Shown: one piece after another, positions 25,062 through 38,160 of the stretch
Numbering within the stretch: the first letter of the stretch is position 1
Layout: each line of letters begins with the position of its first letter
Source: Octopus sinensis
Taxonomy: Eukaryota
Length of the DNA: 64,000 bases
Assembly: GCF_006345805.1 (NCBI RefSeq)
Contig: NC_043000.1
Coordinates: 116,312,001 to 116,376,000, forward strand
Direction of reading: 5' to 3'
Notes under the pieces: generated by a model
The model's database searches: none
What the model saw: the letters and a program-made list of their open reading frames with translations, nothing else
Told to the model about the DNA's origin: nothing
Program-made: the position numbers and the translations under genes

Positions 25062-25096
<35 letters not shown>

Positions 25097-25124
25097 CGTA
25101 TACTTATATATATATATATATATA

Positions 25125-25224
25125 NNNNNNNNNNNNNNNNNNNNNNNNNNNNNNNNNNNNNNNNNNNNNNNNNNNNNNNNNNNNNNNNNNNNNNNNNNNN
25201 NNNNNNNNNNNNNNNNNNNNNNNN
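25125..25224. other. Assembly gap (100 N)
   Basis: Run of N next to a (TA)n tract. Confidence 1.
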
Positions 25225-26119
25225 TAGTGACCATAATTTGCATTTGTTAGCGTGAGATATAATTTCACATGATGTTCCATTTGAAATTATTCTTCCTTTT
25301 TCAGTGTCAAAACATAACTTCATACTAGATTTCTGTTTATTTTCGTGTCGTTGCGATATAGTATAGAAATTTTGTTTATAATGCATTTTGCATTGATAAG
25401 AAGTTAGTCTTACATTCAAAACTGTAGAATGTTTAGAATGATATGGCTGTATTTTACGTCATCATTCCTTTTCTTTTTGCCATATACTTTATCTTGTTAT
25501 CTAGGAGACAATTATTCTAGTTTCAGCATTTGTGGTTGTTTTGTAATGCGTATAGCTTTTATATAATTTTGTATTATTTGGATATGCTAATATCTGAACG
25601 ACATGTTGACTAAGATATTTCGGCTGTATTTCTATTAACTAATTTGTCATAGTTATGCTAATGATGAAAATGCTATTACGTAAGTTGGAAAATCATGTGC
25701 TGTTCAAATATTTTATGAAAAAAATCCCGTGTATTTTGGCCATTTATAAAGTCCTTATCGATGATGAGTATTGTATTTTTTTCCCTGTATATGTTCTTTA
25801 TCTGTCGTGTAGGTAAACTTCATATCTATGACATGGAAGTACTTAAAACGCCATTAATCAATTATATTGTCAGATATATTTGACTATCTTATTGATATAT
25901 TGTAAATGAAGTTATTGATGATACTTATAGGTTAGTTAGATGATTAACTGCTAAACCTTAGTGTATCAGTTTCCATACGGGCAAGGAAATATAGGAAAAT
26001 GGTTACGTTTATTGTTACCGCAAAGACGCATTCTATTGCAATTTTGACTCGTAATGAATACCATACCTTTTGGGACAATGATGTATATCACCCTTCCTCG
26101 TGTATTTTGCCGTTTAAGC

Positions 26120-26567
<448 letters not shown>

Positions 26568-28270
26568 GTACATATACATGGCTGGTGGTGAATATAACCT
26601 TGGTGTTTCACACACGAAACACATCGCCAGATGGCGGTTGACAGAAATTTGAAGAGTGAGGAGATTTTTCACGATATCACTCTATCTGAAAATACAAAAA
26701 ATATCCACGTATTACGTATAATGATTTGCTAACTCCACTCTTAGATATTTGTCATAATATACACATACATACATACATGCATACATACATGCATACATAC
26801 ATACATACATACATACAAATATACATACACACACATACAAACACACACCCACACATATATATTTATATATATACACATAGAGAGACATAGGGAGATGTCC
26901 ATCTTCTAGAAATAAACCACATCCCATATAACTAAGAAGCCATTTTTATTAAATTTCAGTCTAGAAATGTAAAGGGCAGATCTCATGCCTGTCCCTTCAC
27001 AGGGGATGCTCGGGCTTGAGACTACGGAATAACGATTCCATTAGAATAAATTCAGCATTTAGTTTTGGTGATATATATCTGCGACAGAAGCAGTATTAAT
27101 ACCGAGAAATACTATTTATCCCCACTATACTGCAGTAGATACCTTCATATCTTCATACTGGCATTTGGTGCAAAAAGTATCTCCTGTAACGAGACCACAA
27201 GATTACGTCATTTCAACCTTCTGTTGCTTCTTCAATGAAAGACGCTCGATTGTTAGATATAGCAGCGACTCATTTCCCCACCAGCGATATATACAAAAAC
27301 AGTGTCAGAACAGGCGCTGGTGTCCCGATAATCTTTCATGTTTTACTTGCCGAATATATAGGAAATATTGGTTATTTATATAAGCTTGTGTTCTTATAAT
27401 CATAGCTTGCGTATAATTTTCTTGGGAAAATTCAGCAGCAATATATTACATCCCATTTTAATCTGGATGTGTTTGAGCTCTGGAATGCCTTGGAATATTT
27501 TGTCCCGAACTGGTAGAGATGATATTTATGTTTTATTTCAGAAATACTTCCTTCTAAAGTATTTTTACTTGTGAAGCCTATATCAGGCGAGTCCACTTTA
27601 TTAATTCTGTGGGAGTCTATTTTTTAAAATTTGCTTCGTTAAGAAAAAAGATAAACGGAAAAAAAATGTTCTATTATCAAACAGACTATTCCGCTCTCTT
27701 CTTCAAGTTTCGATAGATATGTTTGATCTCCTGCATTAATTTCGTTTATAATCTTTGTCTTTGCTATGTTATCAGATTGCTGTTTGTAATAACCATTATA
27801 AAATATCAGATAAATTCTTTTGATTCGCTTCAATAAATATCAATAGTTTGCTCGTTTTTGTTCTTCTATATTTTCATATTTACTTTCCTTTCAAAACTGT
27901 TTTGGTTTTCTTAAATTTTATTGTTTGTTTATTTGATATATCTGATTAGGAGAAATAAATTATCCTCGGATGTTTATTATAACGGTTTTTGGTGGAGAAT
28001 ATTGTTTTTTTTAATTTATTCAGAATTACGGATCAACTAATTAATTTAGGTTTCATGATTATCATGGCGATAAACATGTCAAAATGATTAGACTTTTTCC
28101 AATGAATACATACAATAAGTTTTCTATGTTGGTATTGGTATTTTTTGTTGTTACAAGAATATTTTTGCTGTTTCAGATTGTGTAGGAAACTGAATTTAGA
28201 TTTATAAGCTAGGGGCTGTTATTGTATGAATATGTAAAGCCAATTGGTAATTAACTAACCGACAAAAATA

Positions 28271-28475
28271 TCCTTTCTACTGCAAGCACAAGGCCAGAAA
28301 TCTGGAGAGAAGGGATTAAATCAATTACATCAGCCCCAGTGCTCCACTGGTACTTATTCAACCGACCTCGAAAGGATCAAAAAGCAAAGGCGATTTGAAC
28401 TCAGAACGCAAAGACGGGCGAAATACTGCTATGCATTTCGTCCAGCGTGCTAACGATTCCGCCAGCTCACCGCCT
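28271..28475 (-). mobile_element. SINE A
   Basis: Reverse complement of family A. A further truncated copy lies at about 28790-28897. Confidence 0.82.
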
Positions 28476-28494
28476 TGATAATATTTTTTAAAAA

Positions 28495-28745
28495 ATCAGA
28501 AGGCATCAAGGAGAATATAAAGGAAATTGGGATAGAGTACCCAATAGAACTGTTACAAAAGGCCTGCCTTTTTGGCACAGCCAAAATCTTCAAGTAAGTG
28601 CTAGATAACTGAAAAGAATGGATAGCATAGTACTGTAGACTGCATATAGTAAACCTGCCACGCATGTATGACTCAAGGGGTTCCAACAACACCTGTGACA
28701 AATACTACTACTACTACTAATAATAATAATAATAAAAATAATAAT
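28495..28745 (+). mobile_element. Second R4/Dong-type LINE 3' end
   Basis: EIGIEYPIELLQKACLFGTAKIFK*VLDN, short UTR, (TAC)/(TAA)n tail. Confidence 0.7.
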
Positions 28746-29050
28746 AATAATGTAACAAATTTGCCTTTCATCGTTTTTTCTAATCTAAAACGATGACAAG
28801 TAAAGTCAAACTCGGTGGAATTTGAACTCATAACGTAAGGATGGAGGATATGCTGCAAGGCATTTTGTCCAGCGTGCTAACGTTTCGGCCAGCTCAACTA
28901 GTACACAAACAATAAATAAATAATAAGTGAAGAAAGAAAAAAAAAGAAAATATGAATAGAAATATTGTATATCATCTACTGAATTCATGAGGCAAAATAT
29001 AAGAATTAAACTCAAATTAGTTCGCTTATACGTATACAAGTACAGCTTGC

Positions 29051-29058
29051 TTGCTTGC

Positions 29059-29151
<93 letters not shown>

Positions 29152-29153
29152 TG

Positions 29154-29239
<86 letters not shown>

Positions 29240-29298
29240 TGTGCGTGCGTGCGTGCGTGGTGCGTGCGTGCGTGCTTGCGTGCGGCGTGGTGCGTTCG

Positions 29299-29334
<36 letters not shown>

Positions 29335-29395
29335 TGTGCGTGCGTGCGTGCGTGCGTGCGTGCGGCGTGCGTGCGTGCGTGCGTGCGTGCGTGTC

Positions 29396-29427
<32 letters not shown>

Positions 29428-29473
29428 TGCGTGCGTGCGTGCGTATGTATGTATGTATGTATGTATGTATGTA

Positions 29474-29540
<67 letters not shown>
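29051..29540. repeat. Compound microsatellite (GCGT)n-(ATGT)n-(GT)n
   Basis: About 390 bp of GCGT repeats; source of the VRAC/THAR pseudo-ORFs. Confidence 0.97.
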
Positions 29541-29543
<3 letters not shown>

Positions 29544-29975
29544 TTTTTTTGCGAGATTCCTGATGTGAAATCGTGTGTTGAAAGAGATATTGTGCTATTT
29601 GGGGATAGCCGTGCTTTTGTGAATTAACTACGGGCACTAAATATTTTGTCTTCGTTTCGGTTTTATTACTCTTCTTATAATAGTGTCCTTTGTTTGAGAA
29701 CTTTCCTCAAACATCCCCCCAAGATAGACACCATAGAAAGTCAGAATGGATTAAACAGAACATAAACACAAAGAGAGACATGGGATCTACCTACCTACCT
29801 ATTTATCTATCTATCTATCTATTTTTACGGAGATGTACTTGCATAGCAAGTGATCTGATCTGAAATCGTGTGCTCGAACGAAATTTAAGTTTAAACGTTG
29901 AAGTGAATCTAACGGGTTTTTTTAAAAAATGGTTTACGAACACCATCGCTGCAATTGTTAGCTAATTTCTTTTAT

Positions 29976-30350
29976 TCATTTACTTGTTTCAGTCATCTGG
30001 GAGTATCCATGCTGGAGAAATCGACTGCTGGACTTATTCTGTAAAAGGCTAGTGCTTGTTCTATAGGTCTCTTCTGCTGAACCGCTATGTTACGGGGACG
30101 TAAACACACCGACATCGGTTGTCGATTGAAGGGGGGAGGACAAACGAACACAAACACACACAGACATATACATAGACATATATAAATTTGACGGGCCTCT
30201 TTCAGTTTCCTTCTGCCAAATCCACTCACAAGACTTTGGTCGATCTGACGCTACAGTAGATGACTCATCCCCAAGGTGCCACGCAGCAGGATTGAATCCG
30301 AAACCATGTGGTTGAGAAGCAAACTTTTTACCACACAGCCACGCGTACAC
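29976..30350 (-). mobile_element. SINE B
   Basis: Full copy, reverse orientation. Confidence 0.82.
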
Positions 30351-30383
30351 CGACATACTAACACACACACACACATATATATA

Positions 30384-30675
30384 GGCGCAGGAATGGCTGT
30401 GTGATAAGTAGCTTGCTTACGAACCCATGGTCCCAGGTTCAGTTCCACTGCGTGACACCTTGGACGTATCTTCTACGATAGCCTCAGGCCGACCAAAGCG
30501 TTGTGAATGGATTTGGTAGACGGAAAATGAAAGAAGTTCGTTGTGTATATATATGTGTGTGTGTGTGTATGTGTTTGTCTGTCTGTCCGACAGAATGAGT
30601 CCTAGGGTCGATTTGTTTGGCTAAAGGCGGTGCTCCAGCATGACCGCAGTAAAATGACTGAAACATATAAAAGAA
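30384..30675 (+). mobile_element. SINE B (internal deletion)
   Basis: Head-to-head with the preceding copy. Confidence 0.85.
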
Positions 30676-30711
30676 TATATGTATGTATGTAATTAACTAG
30701 TCCAATAATCT

Positions 30712-30877
30712 TTTCTATTCTAAGCACGAAGCCCGACAATTTCGGGGGAGGGACCAGTAGATTACATCGACCCCATTGCGTAACTGGTACATGATTTATG
30801 GAAGTAAAGTCAACCTTGGTGGGTATTTGAACTCAGAACATGAAGACAGACGAAATATCGCTAAGATTTTCGCCCAA
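30712..30877 (-). mobile_element. SINE A (5'-truncated)
   Basis: GATTACATCGACCCC..TTTGAACTCAGAAC..GACGAAAT. Confidence 0.75.
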
Positions 30878-32040
30878 AGCTAAACAAAAATAACAACATA
30901 TGCGTTTGTGTGTATGCAAGTTTGGCTGGGTTTCATATATATTGAATGGAGAGATTATATCTAAATTGTAATGTCCCGAGTAGATAAAATGTTTACGTAA
31001 ACAAACATACAATTTTGAAAACTAGAATTGAACTCAACAAATGAATGAATGCATAATAATAATAATAATATAATAATAATAATAATTCAAAATGTGGAAC
31101 ACAAGTTCAGCAATGTAGAGCAGAGTGTGAAAAACAATACCACCAATCCTAGTATCAGGCTGTAACCTTATTTTATCAATCCCGGTGGGTATGAAAGGCT
31201 AAATGAAACTCGTCGAATTTGTACTGAGAATGTAATAACGCATCGTGTCTTTTTCATTGCTCTTGTGATTCTCCCAATCAGAATGGATAATGAGCCGTTT
31301 GGTTGCAGCTGTTTGGACGATGAAGATTTGGCGCGGTTGTCAGGATATTCGTTAGCAGTGCTTTTTGGCTCTGGAGGCAAACACACAAAGACTTGCGCAC
31401 GAGAAGAAATGTACATATGTGTGGAAAGATTGAGTGAAAAAAGGAGAGGTAATTTTCAAACTGAACACGATATCAGTACTTCATACAAATGGAGAAATAT
31501 GTTTCCACATTTGAACAGAGAGAGAGAGGGGGGGGAGAGAGGGACAGAGAGAGAGAGACAGACAGAGATAGAGAGAAAGAGAGAAAGAGAGAGACAGAGG
31601 TAGGGAGACAGAGAAATTCTGACGCAGAGCAGAGAGAAGAGAAAAACAACTAAAACCTCTAATATCTCAAAAGGTATCGTGACGCCAAATAGCTTGCTCC
31701 AAAGCGGCTGCGCCAAGACGTCTCTTACACATCGCTGTGATATTACATAGGAACACAGTGTGTCATACAGTATCATAGTCATTCTAAAAAGTCTACGATT
31801 CTTTATATTTGTACACCCAAGTTGGGTCACATTTATTACTATTTACATAAAACTGTCACTTCAAATTTACCACTTTCTATAACATTCATGCTAAACATGA
31901 TTTCCATTGCCAGTAGAATCAAAATCATACTCTCTTTAAACGCAGATATACTTTCTTTAAACGAGGATCGCCTACATCAAACATACTTGCCTCATATCTC
32001 ATATTTACACATTGCGAAAATTGCCCTTCCGCCCTCTCAC

Positions 32041-32139
32041 CTTTCATATAAGCGTGTATGGTCAAATTCTTCATATAGTTTTTCATTGCCACGATGAGTT
32101 CGGTGAACTGATCAGTAATATCACTTTTTATATTATTGA
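32041..32139 (-). CDS. 99-nt candidate exon (NNIKSDITDQFTELIVAMKNYMKNLTIHAYMK), phase 1->1
   Basis: Acceptor gttgtatatttatag|, donor AAG|GTGAGA, open frame with protein-like composition. Confidence 0.55.
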
Positions 32140-32176
32140 CTATAAATATACAACGCGTATACATACATGCACACAC

Positions 32177-32209
<33 letters not shown>

Positions 32210-32229
32210 TCACACTAAGATCTCCACAT

Positions 32230-32276
32230 TCTGTCAAAAATTAAAAAAATCTACCCGATGCACATACACACATTTA

Positions 32277-32318
<42 letters not shown>

Positions 32319-32492
32319 ATACACACACACTTATGTATACATATATGTATATACACATATATATATACATACACACATATGTATACATATGTATATACAC
32401 ATATATATACATATGTATATATATATATATATATACCATATATATATATATATATCCATATATATATACATATGTATATATAATATATATAT

Positions 32493-32570
<78 letters not shown>

Positions 32571-32738
32571 ATATATCCATATATATATATATATATATAT
32601 ATATCCATATATATATATATATATATATATATCCATATATATATATATATATATCCATATATATATATATATATCCATATATATATATATATATATCCAT
32701 ATATATATATATATATCCATATATATATATATATATAT

Positions 32739-32774
<36 letters not shown>

Positions 32775-32793
32775 ATATATATATAATATATAT

Positions 32794-32833
<40 letters not shown>

Positions 32834-33030
32834 ATATATATATATATACATATATATACATATGTGTGTGTGTGTATATATATTTATATATATGTATATA
32901 CGTATATATGTGCGCATATATTTATATACGTATATATGTATATATATATATATATATCCATATAAATGTATATACAAACATAATATATATGTATATATAT
33001 AAATGGATATGTGTGTATAAGTATATGCTT
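32230..33030. repeat. Long (TA)n microsatellite with periodic TCCA interruptions
   Basis: Source of the YIYI pseudo-ORFs. Similar tracts at 5700-5915, 21120-21720, 24880-25124 and 63140-64000. Confidence 0.97.
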
Positions 33031-33630
33031 ATGGGTGTATGTATGCATTTTTTTTTATGAGTTTATACAACAACGAATGTTTTTTTTTTGGTTAATTTTT
33101 TTAATTGTAATGGTTTGTATGATTAGTGAGGCTTTTAATTTATATTGGAAAAATTTACTTTTAAAATATAATAAATACCTTTGACATTTTAAAACACTTT
33201 CATTATCACATATCTACAAACACATCAATCTCATCTTAATTAATAACCCACTTAAATGAAAAATGCATTATTCAATTGTCAAAATGTCTCTCATTTAGAT
33301 ACATGTCAACCGAATCGGTTTGTTTGTTTTTTTTTGTTTATGATGTTTGCATTATTTCAATGTCTGATTTTATATTATATTGATGTTTCTCCCAAAGACA
33401 AAAGTTGAATTAATCGTTAATTAATTTTTTTTTCAAAGAGATCGGTGGATCAATCACGACAGTATGGTTACATATTCAATATAATTTACTCCATCAGAAG
33501 GTTGATCTCAGAGCAAGATTTCAAATCAGATCTATGAAGAAAAGAAAAATAATATGAATAAACCATTTTCTTTTTGAACACATCCCTCTCGAAGAACACA
33601 TCTCCCGCCCAGACGATTTGAAGTGTTTTC

Positions 33631-34977
33631 TTATAAGACACTGTCTTTTTCGTCCGGAGAATCATTTGGTGAAATTTCGAAAGGAGAGTATTCTTCCAAA
33701 TTTACATAGTCTTTCATTTTTTTGGGACTCCCATTTTCTATAGGTTTAAAAGGAAAAGTCCTGACTGTACTTCGACTCGCTTGTGGTGCGACGTTTGATC
33801 GAGTCGGACACCACGTGACGCCCACTGATGTTCTCGGTGTAGCTCGATAAATGTTAGAGATTTCTGTTTGATTAAAATTCGTGTGGCGTGCTATCGCTCT
33901 TTTGCGACAGCAGAACACTAAAGCAAAAGTTCGTCGGAATTTCGTGCTGATTAAAGAATAAAGAATGAAATTTACCGAAGAATTTATCTGGACTAGCAGA
34001 TTTGTGATATTAGCGGCGATTTTTATATCATTTCCTCTTCTACCAGGAGCTATGCTTCTTGAGTAAAGCAGTAGTAATGCTCCCGGAAACTGACATATAA
34101 GGAAGACTAAAGCAACGCTTATTAACATCAAAGTGATTTTCTGTTGCTCGCTGCCGCTCTTCTCCGACGATTTTCGCAATGGCGCCTTTGACATAAAGCG
34201 GCGTATTTTATTGGCTTTGACAACGGCCCTTATGAGGAGCCCGTTGAAAAACACAAGAGATATGAGAGGAAGAAAGGTGAAAGAGGTAACTATGAACCAA
34301 TTATAACCTTTGTCGTAGGCGTATGTTTCTGCAAATTCTGTCCATTCATTTCTTAGTATTGTTTGATTATTTGAATCAAGTCTTTCCACTGTTTGGCGTT
34401 CAAAAAACTCAGGGACAGTTACGGCAATGGCGATGGATGAAACTATGGCCGTAATTATACGCGCACGCTGCGGAGTACAAATTACGTGTCCACGGATCGG
34501 GTGACAGACACCGATGTAACGCTCAACCGTGAATGTGATGGTTTGCCATACACCCACATTACTGCACATGTCTGTGAGAACATGTGCATAGGGAACCCAG
34601 TAGATGTATGCATCAACAGAGCTGACCTGTGAAAAATGTTTCAAACTCAACGTGAAACCGAATATAAGATAGAGCGTGTCAAAGACCGCCAAAACCGTTA
34701 GATAGACATTAGTCGATGTATTCATGGACTTGTGAGTGAGCACAATGATGTTCAATATATTGCTTACCACACCAAAGAATATAACAATGGGCACACATAT
34801 CTTTTGAACGATAAAGCGTGTCATACGAAGTGCTTCCATGTTGTTATAAGTATCAGAACTTTCTTCACTGGTCTGAACCAATGTTTCCAGAGTTGACTGG
34901 ATGAGGACATTGTAGCCGGCTTTGATGCTTGTGACGTCGTAAATCAAAGAATCGATGGTCGAGTTGCTTGTAATCAT
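33631..34977 (-). CDS. Intronless class A GPCR, FMRFamide/peptide-receptor-like (448 aa)
   Basis: Seven hydrophobic segments with rhodopsin-family motifs: TM1 GVVSNILN, TM2 LAVFD, TM3 TVERYIGVCHP, TM4 VTVPEF, TM5 FLPL..N, TM6 FLICQFP, TM7 NSSVNFILY, then KFRRTF (helix 8). In-frame TAA 12 nt upstream of the ATG. N-glycosylation sequons NST (N-terminus) and NQT (ECL2). Subfamily assignment is from motif resemblance only. Confidence 0.93.
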   Translation of the reverse strand: MITSNSTIDSLIYDVTSIKAGYNVLIQSTLETLVQTSEESSDTYNNMEALRMTRFIVQKICVPIVIFFGVVSNILNIIVLTHKSMNTSTNVYLTVLAVFDTLYLIFGFTLSLKHFSQVSSVDAYIYWVPYAHVLTDMCSNVGVWQTITFTVERYIGVCHPIRGHVICTPQRARIITAIVSSIAIAVTVPEFFERQTVERLDSNNQTILRNEWTEFAETYAYDKGYNWFIVTSFTFLPLISLVFFNGLLIRAVVKANKIRRFMSKAPLRKSSEKSGSEQQKITLMLISVALVFLICQFPGALLLLYSRSIAPGRRGNDIKIAANITNLLVQINSSVNFILYSLISTKFRRTFALVFCCRKRAIARHTNFNQTEISNIYRATPRTSVGVTWCPTRSNVAPQASRSTVRTFPFKPIENGSPKKMKDYVNLEEYSPFEISPNDSPDEKDSVL

Positions 34978-35949
34978 TTTAACAGATATTTATGATAACA
35001 CAAATCATTACTTAAAAATGGGACATTATTCTATTCTTTCATAGTTATGTAAATATCCAAATCTGCAAACTATCCCTCGATGATTTGTACCATCAAGTTT
35101 GCCATGACATAATAAATAGAAGCATAGCAGACTTTACCAATCGGTGATCAAATTCCTTTGTGAATAAGAGACTTTCGAAAGAAGTTTCTCATATATGATA
35201 GTCAGTGTGTGAACTAAATCAGGACCAAAGCAATAGGAATGTGTAAAAGAGCTGTTAATAAACTACGGCATTTAAAGAAGCCAAATCTTTCGTCAAATCA
35301 AGAGTTATGTATAGAAACATGTTTCAGTGGAGGCAAATTAAATAACATCGGCATGTAGTTAATAATATTAATATTGTTTAGTTGGAACAAGTTGGGGACG
35401 ACGTGCGTTTTCTAAAGTGACGCAACGAACATCTATTTATTCTTTTCACAAGTTCTGCGTGATTTCAATTAGTCTATTGTCGCTAAAGTTTCAATGATCA
35501 TGCTGTGTTCTTCAGACATCGTGTATACAAACGCCTGCATCAATGACTATGAATCCTGTTTAGATATATTTATATCTATATATAAGTGTGATTTGAATGG
35601 GTCTTATTTATATTGTTACACGTATTTATTTTTGTTACATAATTTTCCGAGTTATGAAATATTTTCGAAAGCGTCAATAATAGAAAGCTGGCGAATAGAT
35701 TTAGAGACAGCGACTAAGAATGTCTTGAGGCTGTGCATTGTTGAATGAATTCGAAATGTTTTTGTTAGATATGTCTCCATTCCATGCATTTTGACGAAAA
35801 ACTATGAATAGTTGATGAGAACAAACATTTTCTTTTTCCATGTTGATAATACAGTTTTCGATTATCCTTATGCAGTTAATACAGACTGTGAGGATTTCTC
35901 TCCGGATTATTCTTTTGACAATGCAGCAATAATTCGATTACCAGAGCAG
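34978..35949 (-). other. Putative 5' UTR part of the GPCR exon
   Basis: Strong acceptor ggtcttttctatattttcag| at 35950-35951. The sequence between it and the ATG is unique and repeat-free. Confidence 0.3.
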
Positions 35950-36024
35950 CTGAAAATATAGAAAAGACCGATTAGATTTTATTTAAATCATAATTCAATT
36001 AAAAAGAAATAACAATTTTATCAA

Positions 36025-36555
36025 CGGTAATGGCGGTAACAGCAACGACGATTGTGGCGGTGGGCGAAGACGTATTTGTTGAGGTAACAATGACGAAGTC
36101 GATGGCAATGACGCTGATGATGATGACGATAATGAGGATGATGACAATGATGACGATGACGATAATGAGGATGATGACAATGATGACGATGATGATGACG
36201 ATAATGAGGATGATGACAATGATGACGATGATGATGAAGATAATGAGGATGATGACAATGATGACGATGACGATAGTGAGGATGATGACTATGATGAAGA
36301 TGATGATGACGATAATGAGGATGATGACAATGATGATGATGAGGATAATTATGATGATGATGATGATGGTTGTCATTGTTGGTGGTGGTGATGGTGGTGG
36401 TGAATGTAATGATGATGACGACGACGGATAATGAAGAAGCATAATGATGGTGAGGATGATGGCGGTGTTGATGATAATGATGCATGATGCTAGTGGTGTT
36501 TTGTTTGTGGTCGCTGTGGTAGATCATCATCCTCATCATCATCATCATCATCATG
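36025..36555. repeat. (GAT)-based low-complexity minisatellite
   Basis: Recurrent 27-30-bp unit GATGACGATAATGAGGATGATGACAAT. Confidence 0.92.
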
Positions 36556-37537
36556 ATAAATTAATGGTGATTATGGCGGCAGTGAGTGTCAATCTCTAGA
36601 AAACAATATCACTAGAAAACATCGGATTAGAAACGAGCGTGTTTCAAATGGGAAATTGCATGAGCCCTAATTTTCACAGGCCTACTTACTGTGGATGTGA
36701 AACAGCGCTCTGTCAATCAAAGAAGCCTGTCGTGTATATATATATATACATATAAGGTCGCGAATGGGGACGAATGAACTTTTACTAACAAACAACCTAT
36801 TGATTTTGTAGTCAACTTATTTGGCAAGTTATCGCTGAGTTAGTTTGGCGGATATTTAAGCAATTGCTTAACGATAAAGAATTGGAATTGAACCATTATT
36901 ATTGGAAAAGATTACTCCGTTAAGACACAACATAATTTGTTTCAAGTCACGAATTCACATCAAGATTACATACATACATACATTCATACATGCATACATG
37001 CATACATACATACATACATACATACATACATAAATAAATATATACATACATAATAAACATACACTCAAACGGATACAACGAAGTACATCCATTTTCATAC
37101 TAGCAAATCCTAAGTACATTAAAAGCACTAAAACATTAAACGCATTATCGCTCAGGTCTACGTTTCGTAAATCATAAACCAATTGAAGTAGTGAAATGAA
37201 CTGTGAGAAATTATTGTCAAGCTTAAAACACTATGATCTGAAAGTTCAGAATTTATAGTGTGAAACTGATTTATATAACATAAATGTCGGTTAATCAGAT
37301 AAAGGCTATTTGGTTCTTTGATACTCAGTATATATTTAAATTTCAAAAACGATAACTAAATTTTGTAGACTGAGAAAAGAGAGCAAATCAATAAATGAAT
37401 AACATCGATAAAAATATTTTTCGTGTTAATTCCAATAACATTGGAAAGGATTCACATAAAAAGAAAAAATACAGAAAAAACAAAAGGAAAGTATTTGATA
37501 ATCCCATACATCTTAAAGTAGGGCAGCGTAGGATTAG

Positions 37538-37912
37538 AGAATTAATGCATTCGAGCTTTGGTGTTGGAGAAGACTTTTACGGATTCCATGGACAGCGAGG
37601 CTCACCAATGGAGAAGTTCTTAACCAGATCAAGCCGAAACTGTCGCTAGAAGCTAGGATCACCAAGCATAAATTGACATGTTTTGGTCATATTATGCGGA
37701 GAAAATCCCTGGAGAAGGACATCATGCTCGGAATGGTCAGTGGCAAGAGAGGAAGAGGCCGACCAAGACCCCGCTGGCTTGACACCATCAAGTGTGATGC
37801 GGGAACGGACATAGCCAGTCTGAAAGAAGCGGCCCAGAATAGAACTGGCTGAAGGACACTGATCCATCGAGTAACCGAGAGTCGAATTCGACTGAGCGGA
37901 TAGAGGAGGAGG
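37538..37912 (+). mobile_element. RTE (BovB-like) LINE 3' end
   Basis: RINAFELWCWRRLLRIPWTAR..FGHIMRRKSLEKDIMLG..GRGRPRPRWLD..(TGA)RTLIHRVTESRIRLSG*, then an AGG repeat tail. Confidence 0.88.
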
Positions 37913-37967
37913 CACACAACGTACACACACGAGCACGAACGTGCATACGCATACACAGTTGTTTAAC

Positions 37968-38160
37968 AGCCGCTCCTTCATTTACAACAACGAGTGTTCC
38001 AGTTGATCCGACCAAGGGGATAGCCTACTCGTGAAATTAATGTGCAAGAGTTCTCCGCAGACACGTGAACACTTAACGTAGTTCTGAAGAATATTCGGCG
38101 TGATACAGAATGTCAAAAGACTGGCCCTTTGAAAAAGAAGGACTATTCATTCTTGTCAGA
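37968..38160 (-). mobile_element. Isolated SINE C type-1 tail
   Basis: Reverse complement of the 22750-22846 tail plus its extension. Confidence 0.65.

Noticed and set aside
26600-26685. Strong minus-strand acceptor at 26686
   Set aside because: Stops within six codons in every frame.
28987-29637. 190-200 aa ORFs (VRAC/THAR repeats)
   Set aside because: Translations of a (GCGT)n microsatellite, open in many frames.
32234-33060. ORFs of 190-260 aa rich in Y/I (also 21118-21800, 47007-47344, 48016-48722, 63074-63932)
   Set aside because: (TA)n/(TACA)n microsatellites lack stops by composition.
35995-36554. Poly-S/I/H/M/D ORFs
   Set aside because: (GAT)n low-complexity DNA open in several frames, with no splice signals supporting a coding exon.
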